Below are positions 45,045 to 56,001 of a stretch of 64,000 nucleotides of DNA, piece after piece. A model generated the notes under the pieces. The model was not told where the DNA came from, did no database searches, and saw nothing but the letters and a program-made list of their open reading frames with translations. Source of the stretch: Williopsis jadinii. Lineage: Eukaryota. Location of the stretch: assembly GCA_024346625.1 (NCBI GenBank), contig AP024664.1, positions 3,038,001 to 3,102,000 on the forward strand, read 5' to 3'. Position numbers and translations under genes: made by a program. Position 1 is the stretch's first letter; the number at the start of each line of letters is the position of its first letter.

Positions 45045-46955
45045 ATGAGCGAAAGCGGTCACTTGTTGGCGCCACCGTCGCAGAGGGTGTCAAAGAGCAA
45101 TAGGAGTCCACTGACAGTGCCCAAATCAAGAAGCCCACAAGAAGCTCTTCCTCCTGCTCCTGCCATTCAGGGTAACGAGGGCAGAAAGTGGTCAATTCAC
45201 CGATCAGGTACGCTGCTATACGCAGGAGCGGCCAGAGACAACTTCGAGTACGATCCACTTGGAGAGGTTGTGGATGCACAGCAGAGAAAACAGTCAGAAC
45301 ACAGCGTAAGGAGCGGGAGTACAACAGCCAACGAGAGCGATAGCGTGAACCTAACGTCCTCATCACAGAGACAGGATGAGGAGGAACAGACGAGGAGAGA
45401 ACAGATGAAGGAGATTGGGCAGCTCGCGTCGGTGTTTTTGGAGTTGCGAAAGGGTATCATGGCAAGCAAGAACATTGACATAAGCTATAACGATAAGACT
45501 GAATTCGAGAAAGAGCCACAGCGAGGCCCGCATATACGATCGATCTCACAGGGGACCTTGAGAAGGACAGAGAAGGTTAAAGCCAGGATGAACTTGTACT
45601 ACTTTGCACTGTTCCAATCCGAAAGACCAGTCAATCCCAAATACGCAGGAGTCGATGGTGTATACAACCCTTTGCAGATCATAAGGAACAGGAAGATTCG
45701 CAAGCATTATCACGAACCACCGCATATAACTACTGAAACGCTGAAGCTGCCTTCCGAAGCGTTCAGTGACTCGAAACACAAGATCAAATGGCAAGTTGAC
45801 TTGGACGAACTCACCCAGGATGGAACTTGGCGAACACAACATTGGCACGAATTACTCAACTCCTATGGAGATTTATGGTTCCCCTCGGAAAATGGTGTTG
45901 ATAATCACCACCACCATCACCACCATCACCATCGTCATCACCATCGTCATCATCCTTTGCACAACGGCGATGCAAAGAACAACACAATGGTTGAGGTTGA
46001 AGAAGAAGATGATGACAATTTCGAAAGATTACACGATAAGTTATTCCTGGAAGACCAAGAAGAAAGAGGAGACGTTGAATATGTGCTCCCCACAATAAGT
46101 AGAAGGTCAAGGATTGCCAACAAGATTAAAAGATCCAAATCTCCCTTTAAGACGATCACAGGCCCGGATCAATTCACAGAGAAGGAGAAGACCAAGGTTG
46201 AAGTATCATTGGAACCGGCATCCAGATTGCAGTCCCGGAGCACCGAATCAAGCTTCTTGGAGGTGCCTGCACCTTCAAATACGAACATCTTGACTGATAT
46301 ATCCATAGAACCGATGAAGCCCAAAGTTTCAAACCCTACAGAAGTAACCACGAGCGAAAGCGTGAGTGGAATTTTGTCTCCACCAGAGAGCTCCAGTGAG
46401 TCGGAAGGTGATGACTTTGCTGATGTGAAAGTTGCCAATCTGTATCTTCGGAAGTTACGCCATCTCAACTGCATTGCTGGATTCAGTGGACAGAACGATA
46501 TTATCAGAGAAGAACAGTACAAGAGATTCATCAATTACGATGACCTATTCAACGAAGGAGAGGATCTGGAGACCATGATAGGGGACTTAAGGGACACCTA
46601 CCTGCCAGAGTACGAGTCTTCGCTGTCGACGAAACTGGAGAAGGTTGATAAGATCCACGACGAGTTGGCGAACATATACTCCACGAAAGTGGACAAGCTA
46701 TTACTCTTGTCAGATCGTACCATCGGTGAGGTGAATACCACACTATCGCTGGAGGTACGTAAACTCACAGAGAGGTTTGGAAAGCTGGGCCCACTGCACA
46801 AGAGAAGCGATTCTTTGGTTTCATTTGCGTACTGGTTACTGGAGAACTTGGTTGTCTTGCTCCTGTGGATGATCTGGGTCGGCTTTTCCATAGGGAGATT
46901 GATACGATCCGTGATACTGCTGCTATGGAGGATCGTTAAATGGGTTTTGTTTTGA
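45045..46955 (+). CDS. MTC4: Maintenance of telomere capping protein 4 homolog
   Basis: GVDGVYNPLQIIRNRKIR motif, C-terminal hydrophobic segment (YWLLENLVVLLLWMIW), synteny with TRS20; poly-His tract 45906-45953. Confidence 0.82.
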   Translation: MSESGHLLAPPSQRVSKSNRSPLTVPKSRSPQEALPPAPAIQGNEGRKWSIHRSGTLLYAGAARDNFEYDPLGEVVDAQQRKQSEHSVRSGSTTANESDSVNLTSSSQRQDEEEQTRREQMKEIGQLASVFLELRKGIMASKNIDISYNDKTEFEKEPQRGPHIRSISQGTLRRTEKVKARMNLYYFALFQSERPVNPKYAGVDGVYNPLQIIRNRKIRKHYHEPPHITTETLKLPSEAFSDSKHKIKWQVDLDELTQDGTWRTQHWHELLNSYGDLWFPSENGVDNHHHHHHHHHRHHHRHHPLHNGDAKNNTMVEVEEEDDDNFERLHDKLFLEDQEERGDVEYVLPTISRRSRIANKIKRSKSPFKTITGPDQFTEKEKTKVEVSLEPASRLQSRSTESSFLEVPAPSNTNILTDISIEPMKPKVSNPTEVTTSESVSGILSPPESSSESEGDDFADVKVANLYLRKLRHLNCIAGFSGQNDIIREEQYKRFINYDDLFNEGEDLETMIGDLRDTYLPEYESSLSTKLEKVDKIHDELANIYSTKVDKLLLLSDRTIGEVNTTLSLEVRKLTERFGKLGPLHKRSDSLVSFAYWLLENLVVLLLWMIWVGFSIGRLIRSVILLLWRIVKWVLF

Positions 46956-47175
46956 ATCAGAGACATTGCCCAAGTGCTAGAATTCGTAATAATGTGATGA
47001 CCTGTAATGCTTGATGCGTAGACTGGTGTCCGGATGTGTCTGTTAAGCCTTTCCAAACACCGTTGTGGTGCGAACCAATTTTGCCCCACGTTCCTTTGCG
47101 ACTCTTCTGGATTTGTAATGGGCTCTTCTCTTCAATCAACAGGCTACAATCACTTGAAGCCATAGCATCAGAGCC

Positions 47176-48090
47176 ATGTACATTCAGAGGATCATAGTGG
47201 AGTCTTTGGCAGCTTCGAATATCATCAAGAAGGTGACATCTGTTGGCGATGACGAGAGGCCGGTGGTGTTCTGGCACGGTTACGGTGATAGCTATAACTC
47301 TACAGCTATGCAGCACGTCATTGGAATAGTGCGAGAGACCAAGCCTGATTCGTACACCTATTCGATTAAGCTGGACGACGATGACTCGAAGGACCAACGG
47401 TTATCCATGTTCAGTGATGTCAACATGGATATCGACTATGTTTGCAAACAGCTCAGGGAGGTTGATTCTCTTGCCAATGGCTTTGACATGATTGGGTTCT
47501 CTCAAGGAGGACTGTTTGCCAGGGCAGCCGTTGAGCGATGCGCACTTCCCGTTCACACACTGATAACGTTTGGATCCCCACACTCTGGTATATCGGACCT
47601 TCCAAAGTGCTCTCCAAATGATTGGCTCTGTAAGAAGAAGAACGACGCATTGACCAAGCCGGGAAACATTTGGAGAGATTGGGTACAGAATACCATCGTG
47701 CCAGCACAATACTTCAGAAGAAGAGATGACTATTACGAATATCTGGAAAAATCTGCCTTCCTCGCTGATGTGAACAACGAGAGAGAAAACAAGCAACAAC
47801 TGTACAAGGACAATTTGGGTTCCTTGGAAAGACTTGTACTCATACAATTCGAGCAGGACCAGACAGTTGTGCCAAAATGTACAGCTTGGTTCTGTGATGA
47901 GGACGATGAGGGAAACTATGTGAGCTTCGTCGACACTAAATTCTATCGTAAAGACTTATTAGGATTGAAGTCATTGTACGATAATGGACAGATAGATTTC
48001 TTGTCCGTTGATGATGACCATATGTCATTCTCTGACGATTACCTTAGAGAAATAGCACAGAGGTACTTGGGCAAAAATTCCACGGCATAG
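47176..48090 (+). CDS. Palmitoyl-protein thioesterase (PPT1-like alpha/beta hydrolase)
   Basis: PVVFWHGYGDS, IGFSQGGLFARA, LITFGSPHSG, VQNTIVPAQYF, FLADVNNE, DQTVVP, DHM. Confidence 0.88.
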   Translation: MYIQRIIVESLAASNIIKKVTSVGDDERPVVFWHGYGDSYNSTAMQHVIGIVRETKPDSYTYSIKLDDDDSKDQRLSMFSDVNMDIDYVCKQLREVDSLANGFDMIGFSQGGLFARAAVERCALPVHTLITFGSPHSGISDLPKCSPNDWLCKKKNDALTKPGNIWRDWVQNTIVPAQYFRRRDDYYEYLEKSAFLADVNNERENKQQLYKDNLGSLERLVLIQFEQDQTVVPKCTAWFCDEDDEGNYVSFVDTKFYRKDLLGLKSLYDNGQIDFLSVDDDHMSFSDDYLREIAQRYLGKNSTA

Positions 48091-49934
48091 ATTGGTGTTA
48101 TTTTTGAATCAAGAGCTTCGAGGCCTTCGAAGCTTTCAGTTTGCTTATTTTGCTTCTCAGTGGGGGATTGAACCGTTACTTTTCGCTGATACAGGTTCCC
48201 CATCAACTTCCTCCTCTCTTTCATACAACATCCCCTGCCTTTAATTTTGATGAACAAAGAACTCGACATCTTCGTAAGAGGATGTAAAAGGGGGCTTTGA
48301 CACTTTCGTTGTGTAACATTGGTTTGATGCACCACAGTATGCTTGGATCAGTCTGGTCATCGTTGTTTCCCGCTTCAATATGCTCTTTTCGCTCGTATAT
48401 GCCAGATCTCAAGAAAATGATAAATTGGACACCCTCACTTCTTCCTGAGTCATTTCTCACGATAATTAGATCTTATATTGTTTGCTGTTCACGGTGATTG
48501 GATTCGTGGAAAGTTTTGTCACCGCTATGAGTTAAGTATCTTCAGAAGTGCTCTTGGTATCGGAATCAACCAAGCTTGTGTCTTCTGATTGTTGTGACTA
48601 AGGATATAGAGACAGTCTCAGGCTCTCTTAACCAGTTTGGAGTGCTTTGTACAGTGCCTTCCTGACAACACCGGCAACGGCAACCTTTTGACATCCTTTA
48701 GTAAATAGATTAATTGGAACTTGAATAGCAAATAGTAGTATTGCGAACTTTGGCTTGTATTAACAATGGTGTACAGTCATGTACTGTAACACTCAGCGTT
48801 TCAGCTTTAGATACTTGCAAGCTGTTGGGGGCAGTAGTACTGTTGATTTGTCCTTCTCTGGGTAATCGAGTGCCACCGTTATCGAGTTCTGTCCTTATAT
48901 GACCGATCATCTGGATGTGAGAAAGAACTGCGATGTGCTCAAAGCTTTTGAAGGCGTGTTTCGTAAGCCATTGTATATGATAATGACTGCCAACATCGAG
49001 TTGAGACAGCATAGCGGGGATAGAGCTCTCAAGTAACCTGAGTATGACGCTGAAAGACGCCTTCAGCAAGCCAACCAAATGATTTGAGTCTCTCTTTGTC
49101 AGCAAAACATTTTACTCAGCTTGCCTTCGGTCTTTAGGCGTGCTTGAATTCAAATACTTCGCCTTGTTTGACTGACATCGCAGGGTTCCAAGAAGCCCTC
49201 ATCAATGGAACACTCAACACCTCCAAGCTCTTACACATTAATGAGATGTGCTTTCTTGTACCATTCATCAGCATTCTTACACCGTTCAATCAAGTCCCGT
49301 AGCACGAGATACAACATAGCTGCCATCTTCATTACAGGTGGAGCACAGACATGGAGAATGTGTCTTGTTGAAATGGCTGGCAGTAAATATATCCTTTCCC
49401 TCAAAGAATACGGTCATTGGTTACACCAGATGTGTACCACTGGCACCAGTACTGAGAATAGCACCATAATCACATTATCTCACCCGACGATGACCGTTGT
49501 GTCGTTTAAACACGCAATGGAGGCATCGTCATCAGACAGAAGCTCATTGCCAAAACCACCATAGAAATCAGTGGGCGCTTGAACGTTGTGACGGGCGGTT
49601 CAGATTCAACCGCGTCCCACAAATCACCACAAGCAGTCTCCCTCGACAAGACGTGCCATATGTGTATTAAGCCATTGAGATATTGAGCCGCTGTTGCTGT
49701 CGTTGTTGTTGTTTTGATGTAAACAGCGTTGACGTGAAGTACCCGCGCGGTTCTACAACAAGGGAAAAAATACACACAGGCAATGGTTACAGGCTTTCAC
49801 GATGACACTTGTAAAGCGTTGCAGAACAGTAATAAATCCAGTGATAGGCCTATTATTTCTCTGAAAAGTTTCTTCAATTGTTTGTTGTTCAGCAGTACTA
49901 ACTACTAACCTCAACCATTAGCTAGCTTGAATCA

Positions 49935-51326
49935 ATGGCGCAGGCGAACGAAACCGTGATTGACACACCTGTCGATGAGACAAGGGTTGTGCCTCAGAGA
50001 GTGAAGGAACACGAGGAGACCGCGAGCCCAGCTATAGACGCCAGTAAAAGTCCCGAGACGGAGCCCTTTGTGGTGAACTTCGATGACGATGAGCTCCTTG
50101 AAATCGATGAAGAAGAAGAAGGAGGCGAAGGAGAACAAGATGAGCCTGTAAGAGATCTACACACTGAAGAAGAGATAGAGAGCAACGAGCCAGAGATGGA
50201 AGCTCTGGGTATGAGTGCTTTCACTCCGACTCCAATCATTATCCAAACCAACAACTTCCCCTACCTTCTGGCACCAATACCTCACGAGCTTTTGTCCTCC
50301 TTGCCTCCAGAGTATGAGGGTCTGGTGACATTGCTTGATGAAGCACCCATGCCAGGATCGACCCTTTATGAAGTGATTGACAGTATCAAGCAGAAGTTCA
50401 AAGAACTAGAGAACCCGTTTGATGAGAAGGATGAGCTGTTGGTTTACTTCAAGGAGTTTGACATAACCCTTGTTGATACATGCGTTCATGCCCACGAGGT
50501 TCTTCTCAGTGAAGTATACGAGGCGTTTGAAGCGTTGAAGAGGTTTAAGGGATCGGACGCTCCTCATTGTCTTACACTGCTACTGAAACCTCAAAGGGCA
50601 TTTGTTACTTTGTTGGACGAGCTGAGAACTGTTAATGGTGATCACGTGGATCCTGGAGACGATACGCTTGTACGCCAATTGGATGAGGAGGCAAAACGTG
50701 ACTCTGTGATGTTGACTGCCGAGGACTTGAAAGATTTGGACGAATCTCTTGAGTCTGATAATGGCAACTCAGAGGAGAAAACCACGGAGGAGGTACCATC
50801 GGCGCATGAAGTGCTTGAAACCATTGAAATAGATCCAGAACCCATCATCATCACAGAGGAGCCTCATCTCTCCATAGAGAACGATACAGAGCAAAAGACC
50901 AGCATTGACGAATCAACTTTACAACAAGACACTACTGATACCGGCGATGCTTTGGAAATCGATCAGACCGAAACTTATACCGAGACTCAACCTTCGGCTC
51001 CCGTGATAGGAAGCAATAATAGTGACAATTCTTTGATTGGTGAAGCTGAAAAGGGAGGACAGGAAGATGAAGACCATGATAGCAAGAGAAGTGACCACCT
51101 TACACCCACAGAGAATGACGAAGGGGAGAAAAGCGCATCTGCTGAAGCGGAGAATCTGCAATCTGATATGGCAAAGGTAGCGGACGAGCAGTTGAAAGAT
51201 TCACTTATTAACGAGGAGCATACCAATATCCCAGGAAAACACCCATACGATGAAGATGAAGAAGACACGATGGAAGAACCCGTGACGAAGAAGCAAAAAG
51301 AGCAATCAATTCTATCAAATGTGTGA
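49935..51326 (+). CDS. RMR1: Acidic protein, probable Rmr1 homolog
   Basis: Very acidic with a central globular segment. The name rests largely on synteny with PDE1/BRR6 and RET2/PRE4/YMR31. Confidence 0.55.
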   Translation: MAQANETVIDTPVDETRVVPQRVKEHEETASPAIDASKSPETEPFVVNFDDDELLEIDEEEEGGEGEQDEPVRDLHTEEEIESNEPEMEALGMSAFTPTPIIIQTNNFPYLLAPIPHELLSSLPPEYEGLVTLLDEAPMPGSTLYEVIDSIKQKFKELENPFDEKDELLVYFKEFDITLVDTCVHAHEVLLSEVYEAFEALKRFKGSDAPHCLTLLLKPQRAFVTLLDELRTVNGDHVDPGDDTLVRQLDEEAKRDSVMLTAEDLKDLDESLESDNGNSEEKTTEEVPSAHEVLETIEIDPEPIIITEEPHLSIENDTEQKTSIDESTLQQDTTDTGDALEIDQTETYTETQPSAPVIGSNNSDNSLIGEAEKGGQEDEDHDSKRSDHLTPTENDEGEKSASAEAENLQSDMAKVADEQLKDSLINEEHTNIPGKHPYDEDEEDTMEEPVTKKQKEQSILSNV

Positions 51327-51988
51327 TCTTTTCACACATTTGTTGGCATTCCTTAGCTAATTGCCGAACACTTCCCGGGTTTCCTCGTGCCCTCGCCCTA
51401 AATAAACACCCATTGACCCCTTCAGCTTATAAGCATGTACTCCTGTCGAGCAGCCATCGAGCCACGCAGCTGGGATGAGCCCTCGTTAGCCCATCTTGGA
51501 CATCACTCAAGCTAATATCCGTAGCTGACTACCACGTTAAACCCATCCTCAGATACCAACATACCTCCAAAACAACTGTCCCTTTGGCTCCATCCATCAC
51601 CCACCGAGACCAACACCCCGACAGAACCCATAACAGTCTCCAATTGGCCCAATCTTCCCTACAATACAGTATCTTCACCATTGATTCAGCTTCTTCATAG
51701 TAAAGCTCCACATCCTGTGTGGCGCGTAACGATTATCACCACCACTCGGTTGGGCCACGAACAGATGGACGGACGATTTTGAAACGTCAACAGCTTTTCC
51801 AGCCTTTGGATCAAAACAAAACACAGCCAGCGGGTATCAATTGGAAGGGTTTACATTTGATTCTGCAGTTTGTGTATTCGTTGGAGATTTGCTTTGAGGA
51901 CTCACTGCTTTGGCAACTTGTTTTTGTGCCAGACTTGCTGATTTGATCTAAGCCTTTTGGACGCGTCGGTATAGAACCACCCCTTTCT

Positions 51989-52039
51989 GAAGAAGAAGAA
52001 GAACAACAACAACAACAACAACATCATCATCATCATCAT
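51989..52039 (+). repeat. Compound microsatellite (GAA)5(CAA)6(CAT)6 running into the RET2 ATG
   Basis: Read directly from the sequence. Confidence 0.95.
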
Positions 52040-53609
52040 GGCTATTCTCGCTGCTTCCATCATTACCCGTAGCGGTAAGGCTATCCTATCGAGACAGTTC
52101 AGAGAGCCGACGAAGAACAGAATCACCGAGCTTCTGGCAAACTTCCCAGCTTTGCTGTCCGAGAACAACACGCAACATACCACTGTTGAGGATGAACACG
52201 TTAGATACGTCTACCAGCCACTGGATGACCTCTACATTCTGCTGATCACCAACCGCCAGTCCAACATCCTGCAGGATATCGAGACGCTGTCCTTGTTTGC
52301 CGAGACCGTCACCTCACTGCTGAGAGTTGTGAACGAGAATGAGATCTTTGACCATGCCTTTGAAATCCTGAGTGCGATGGATGAAATAGTGACTCTTGGA
52401 TACAGAGAGAACCTTTCGTTCATACAGATTAAGGCGTTCTTGGAGATGGACTCGCACGAGGAGAAGATCCAGGACATCATCGAGCTGAACAAGCAGATGG
52501 AGGCCACTGAGGAGAGAAAGCGTCGTGCCAAAGAGATCCAGAGAAAGGAGAGGGACCGTCGTAATAACCAGTTCAACACCCCTGCTGGGTTCCAAGGGGG
52601 GATGGGCTCTACAAACTCGTTTGCTCCTACTCAAGACTACTCTGCTCCTCAGACAAACTATGCGCCAACACCTGTCGATCCAACCCCATCTCATAGACCT
52701 GCACCAAGAGGACGTGGGTTGCAGTTGGGCAAGTCGAAGAAGTCTTCGTTCGAACCAAGCTCTGCTCCATTGATCTCTGAACCAGAATTACCTAGACAAT
52801 CTATCCAAGAGCCACAACAGCAGTACCAGTCTGCAAGACAAGAGGCCACACCTCCTGTCGATGATAAACCAGTGAACAACGGTATCTTGGTTACATTGGA
52901 GGAGAAGGTTACTGCTGAAATTACTAGAGAAGGTTCCATTGTCTCTTCTGAATTGAAGGGTGTTCTGCAACTACGTATCAATGATCCAGAACTTGCGTTG
53001 GCTAAGATCTTGTTAGAGGCTAAGAAGGACGATGGCGTTCAGTTCAAGACTCATCCAAACGTTGATAGAAATCTGTTTGCAGGCTCCTCTGTAATAGGGT
53101 TGAAGAACCCAGAAAAGCCATTCCCATCAAATGACCAGAACTTGGGTGTCTTGAGATGGAGAGGTGTTGGTAAGGCCGATGATAACAAGTACGTTCCAAT
53201 CCAGTTCACCACATGGCTCACGGCCAATGGCAACTCTACCGATGTCACTTTAGAATTCGAGTTGAACGATAGCTATAATGAAGCTATCACGAACATTACC
53301 ATCCTGGTTCCAGTTTATACCGATAACGTTGAGCTCAAATCTGAGAACGCCCAAATCAGCGAGATTTCTGATGAAGGTATCATCTTCCAATTGGAATCGT
53401 TGTCACCTGGTGAGAATGGCGTCTTGGAGTTCTCCATTGGTGCCAACGAGGACGATCTTTTCCCAATTGAGGTTAGCTTCACGAGCGAGAACCCTGTGAA
53501 CACTTTGGGCCATGTCAAAGTGTTGGACGTGGTTAGTGTTTCTGATGAAGAGTCTCTCCCATTCGATTTGATATCTGAGTTGACTACTGATGGCTATTTC
53601 ATTGTCTAA
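52038..53609 (+). CDS. RET2: Coatomer delta subunit
   Basis: LAASIITRSGKAILSRQF, VRYVYQPL, SNILQDIETL, MDSHEEKI, FKTHPNVD mu-homology domain. Confidence 0.97.
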   Translation: MAILAASIITRSGKAILSRQFREPTKNRITELLANFPALLSENNTQHTTVEDEHVRYVYQPLDDLYILLITNRQSNILQDIETLSLFAETVTSLLRVVNENEIFDHAFEILSAMDEIVTLGYRENLSFIQIKAFLEMDSHEEKIQDIIELNKQMEATEERKRRAKEIQRKERDRRNNQFNTPAGFQGGMGSTNSFAPTQDYSAPQTNYAPTPVDPTPSHRPAPRGRGLQLGKSKKSSFEPSSAPLISEPELPRQSIQEPQQQYQSARQEATPPVDDKPVNNGILVTLEEKVTAEITREGSIVSSELKGVLQLRINDPELALAKILLEAKKDDGVQFKTHPNVDRNLFAGSSVIGLKNPEKPFPSNDQNLGVLRWRGVGKADDNKYVPIQFTTWLTANGNSTDVTLEFELNDSYNEAITNITILVPVYTDNVELKSENAQISEISDEGIIFQLESLSPGENGVLEFSIGANEDDLFPIEVSFTSENPVNTLGHVKVLDVVSVSDEESLPFDLISELTTDGYFIV

Positions 53610-53714
53610 AAAGGAAGACCATTTGTATGTATAATACATAATAAAAGAGAATAAAAAAGATTACAGAGTGATATATTGTCAATGGAAGTCGTGACTTGAT
53701 AATAGAAGAATGCC

Positions 53715-54821
53715 TTAGGAGACTGTATAAGTCTGCCCTGGAAGTAAGATTGTGAAGTTGACCTCCAAGTTGTGTAATGTTTTCAATTCTGTTAATTCAC
53801 CAAGGATGACTTCTCTTGGGTCTGGGATCATTGCATTCTCGTGCTTTATATGAGTGATCAACACTTCTAACCCTTCAAGGGTTTCAGATCCATTCAGGGA
53901 CCTTACCATGTCTCTGAGTCTCAGCAGTTCTTGAAACAGAGTTGCTGGGGTCAAGTGACCGTACAGTGGCTGATTGGCATCAACATTAGGCGTTGAGCAC
54001 TCAATCATGACCGTCCTTAAGCTTCCGTCAACGATCATTGGTGCTACATGCTGCCAAATCTTCCAATTGAGACCTTCATTAGGGGTGTCTGGGTCATCGG
54101 CCTCAAGATCTCCAAACATCAGTATCGATCGTTTCAGGACCCTATGCGATATGACAAAGCTTGTACTCGCGTAACTCTCTGATGACGTTAGCTCTCCGTG
54201 CTTGACTTTGAATGGAGTGACGGTGTACGTGCTGTTGATGGCTTTTGGCACGTGATCCTCCATCGAGCACAGCTGTAAACAAGAGCCTTTATCACTTGCG
54301 GTGAGATCTGGCCATATGACATTGTTGAACACGTTTTCTCCAAGAGCCTTGCACGTGGAGTCCAGTCCATGGACCCTTTTCCCAGAGTGTGCGCCAAAAG
54401 ACGGGGAATTGATAACCAGTCCGGAACAGTGGTCCAGGTGAGGATGTGTCAGCAGGTAGTTCTTCACCATGTGGTTCAGCTTCCACGCCACCTGCATTGG
54501 AGTAGACTCACACTGTGTATCCAGCTGCATTCCGACTCTCTTGATGCCCCGTGACGTGAACTTCTCAAGGCACGAGACCTGGTCCTTTGTATAGAAACTC
54601 AGCGATTTGATCGCCATGGAGTCACCTTCTCCACACAGCTCGTCGTAGACGATTTCACATAGCTTTGCCAAACCAGACCCACAGTCCACTGCAACTATCT
54701 CGTCCGTCAGCTCTCGCTCCAGGATCTCCTGGTACGCCACCCTGGAGCTCTTCACGAGATAAGCGCTGGTGCCAACCTCAAGAGTACCACCAGAGCAGCC
54801 CAGTACTGTGATGTCAAACAT
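53715..54821 (-). CDS. PDE1: Low-affinity class II cAMP phosphodiesterase
   Basis: VLGCSGG, VDCGSGL, LTHPHLDHCSGLVINSP, FNNVIWP, FGDLE, IECS, LYGHL, THIK. Confidence 0.93.
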   Translation of the reverse strand: MFDITVLGCSGGTLEVGTSAYLVKSSRVAYQEILERELTDEIVAVDCGSGLAKLCEIVYDELCGEGDSMAIKSLSFYTKDQVSCLEKFTSRGIKRVGMQLDTQCESTPMQVAWKLNHMVKNYLLTHPHLDHCSGLVINSPSFGAHSGKRVHGLDSTCKALGENVFNNVIWPDLTASDKGSCLQLCSMEDHVPKAINSTYTVTPFKVKHGELTSSESYASTSFVISHRVLKRSILMFGDLEADDPDTPNEGLNWKIWQHVAPMIVDGSLRTVMIECSTPNVDANQPLYGHLTPATLFQELLRLRDMVRSLNGSETLEGLEVLITHIKHENAMIPDPREVILGELTELKTLHNLEVNFTILLPGQTYTVS

Positions 54822-54947
54822 TGCAAAACAAAGGGCAATGGTTTCTTCCTGCTTCGTATACCAGCACAGAGAAGTCTTAACAAGATGGCACTGGCAGCGT
54901 GTTCCACCAGCAGCGATGATCTTTCAAGGAATTAATCACCAGCCTGG

Positions 54948-55596
54948 AGGGGGTGGTTCTCTCTGTCGTATAAATAAGGAGTAATTTGTCTCCAACTAAA
55001 TGTCTTAGTCCGCTTGATAGGCAACACAAGACGGAGATGCCTTACAATTGAACCAAGGAGCGAAACCTGTGTCCCCAGTTTGGTACGTGAGTTCCTTCTA
55101 GAAGCTCTTCTGGAAAGATCTTACAAAGGGCGAGGGGGTGTTTAGGCAGAAGCCTCCCCTTCCCATTGTACGGCAGCTACAGTTAGGGGGGAGGAGGGAA
55201 GCCCGCCTGGGCTGCTTTCAGCCACCTTACTAGGCAACAATGTTGTTACGGGCAGATAGGCGCGCTGGGCAGGCAGGACGCAGACTGCAGTACAGAGCCT
55301 GGGGACAGAGCCTTGGGGACACAACACTAAGGACAGTGAGCATATAACGATGACAAGGCGCAGCCGTAATGGCTTGCGGTGTACCAATTTGAACACTGTA
55401 CTATCTATAACTGTTGGCCAGGCTACATCACAAGCTGTGGCATCACCTCCAGTAGCCAGAAACGTATGATGGGATGGTAGTGCTCGGAAGCGATTCCGTA
55501 GCCATTCGTTTCCCTCAACATCGTGAAGAGGAAGAACTACAGCTTCCACCATCAATGCTGAGTTTACAGAGGGGCACTGCATCCAGGCCACAGGGG
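54948..55596. promoter_or_regulatory. Six STRE elements (AGGGG/CCCCT) upstream of PDE1
   Basis: AGGGG at 54948, 55133, 55185, 55570, 55592; CCCCT at 55156. Confidence 0.45.
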
Positions 55597-56001
55597 GTGG
55601 TCTAATTGGTACTCAGTTGTATCAATTGGCGGTCTTTGAAGGTGACGATGCATTGACGTTGCCAGTTACATCAGATACAACGCATAAATGTACACACAGG
55701 GCCAAACACCTGGTGCTAATACACATTCAGGGCTCTTAGAATTGCACACATATTTCTATCAGTGCCTTGCTTGAAATCAGGTATTGCAACCACACTGCCT
55801 CTTAGATGGCAGACTCGTACACAGCCAACCAATTGAAACGCGAGTGCACAGTCAAGGTCCTGCTCTCCAAGTGTATCACACATTAGACAGAACAGAGTGT
55901 ACATCTAAGGACAACGGCTCAACAGATTGGACTCACCAATATCTAGTTCAGATCAACATACAGGGAATCTCAAGAACGGATTACATTTCAAATACAAAGC
56001 T

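Noticed and set aside
51565..51960. Telomerase RNA ending at the orphan GTATGT (spliceosomal cleavage)
   Set aside because: Only about 400 nt available, no template-like sequence and an imperfect Sm site.
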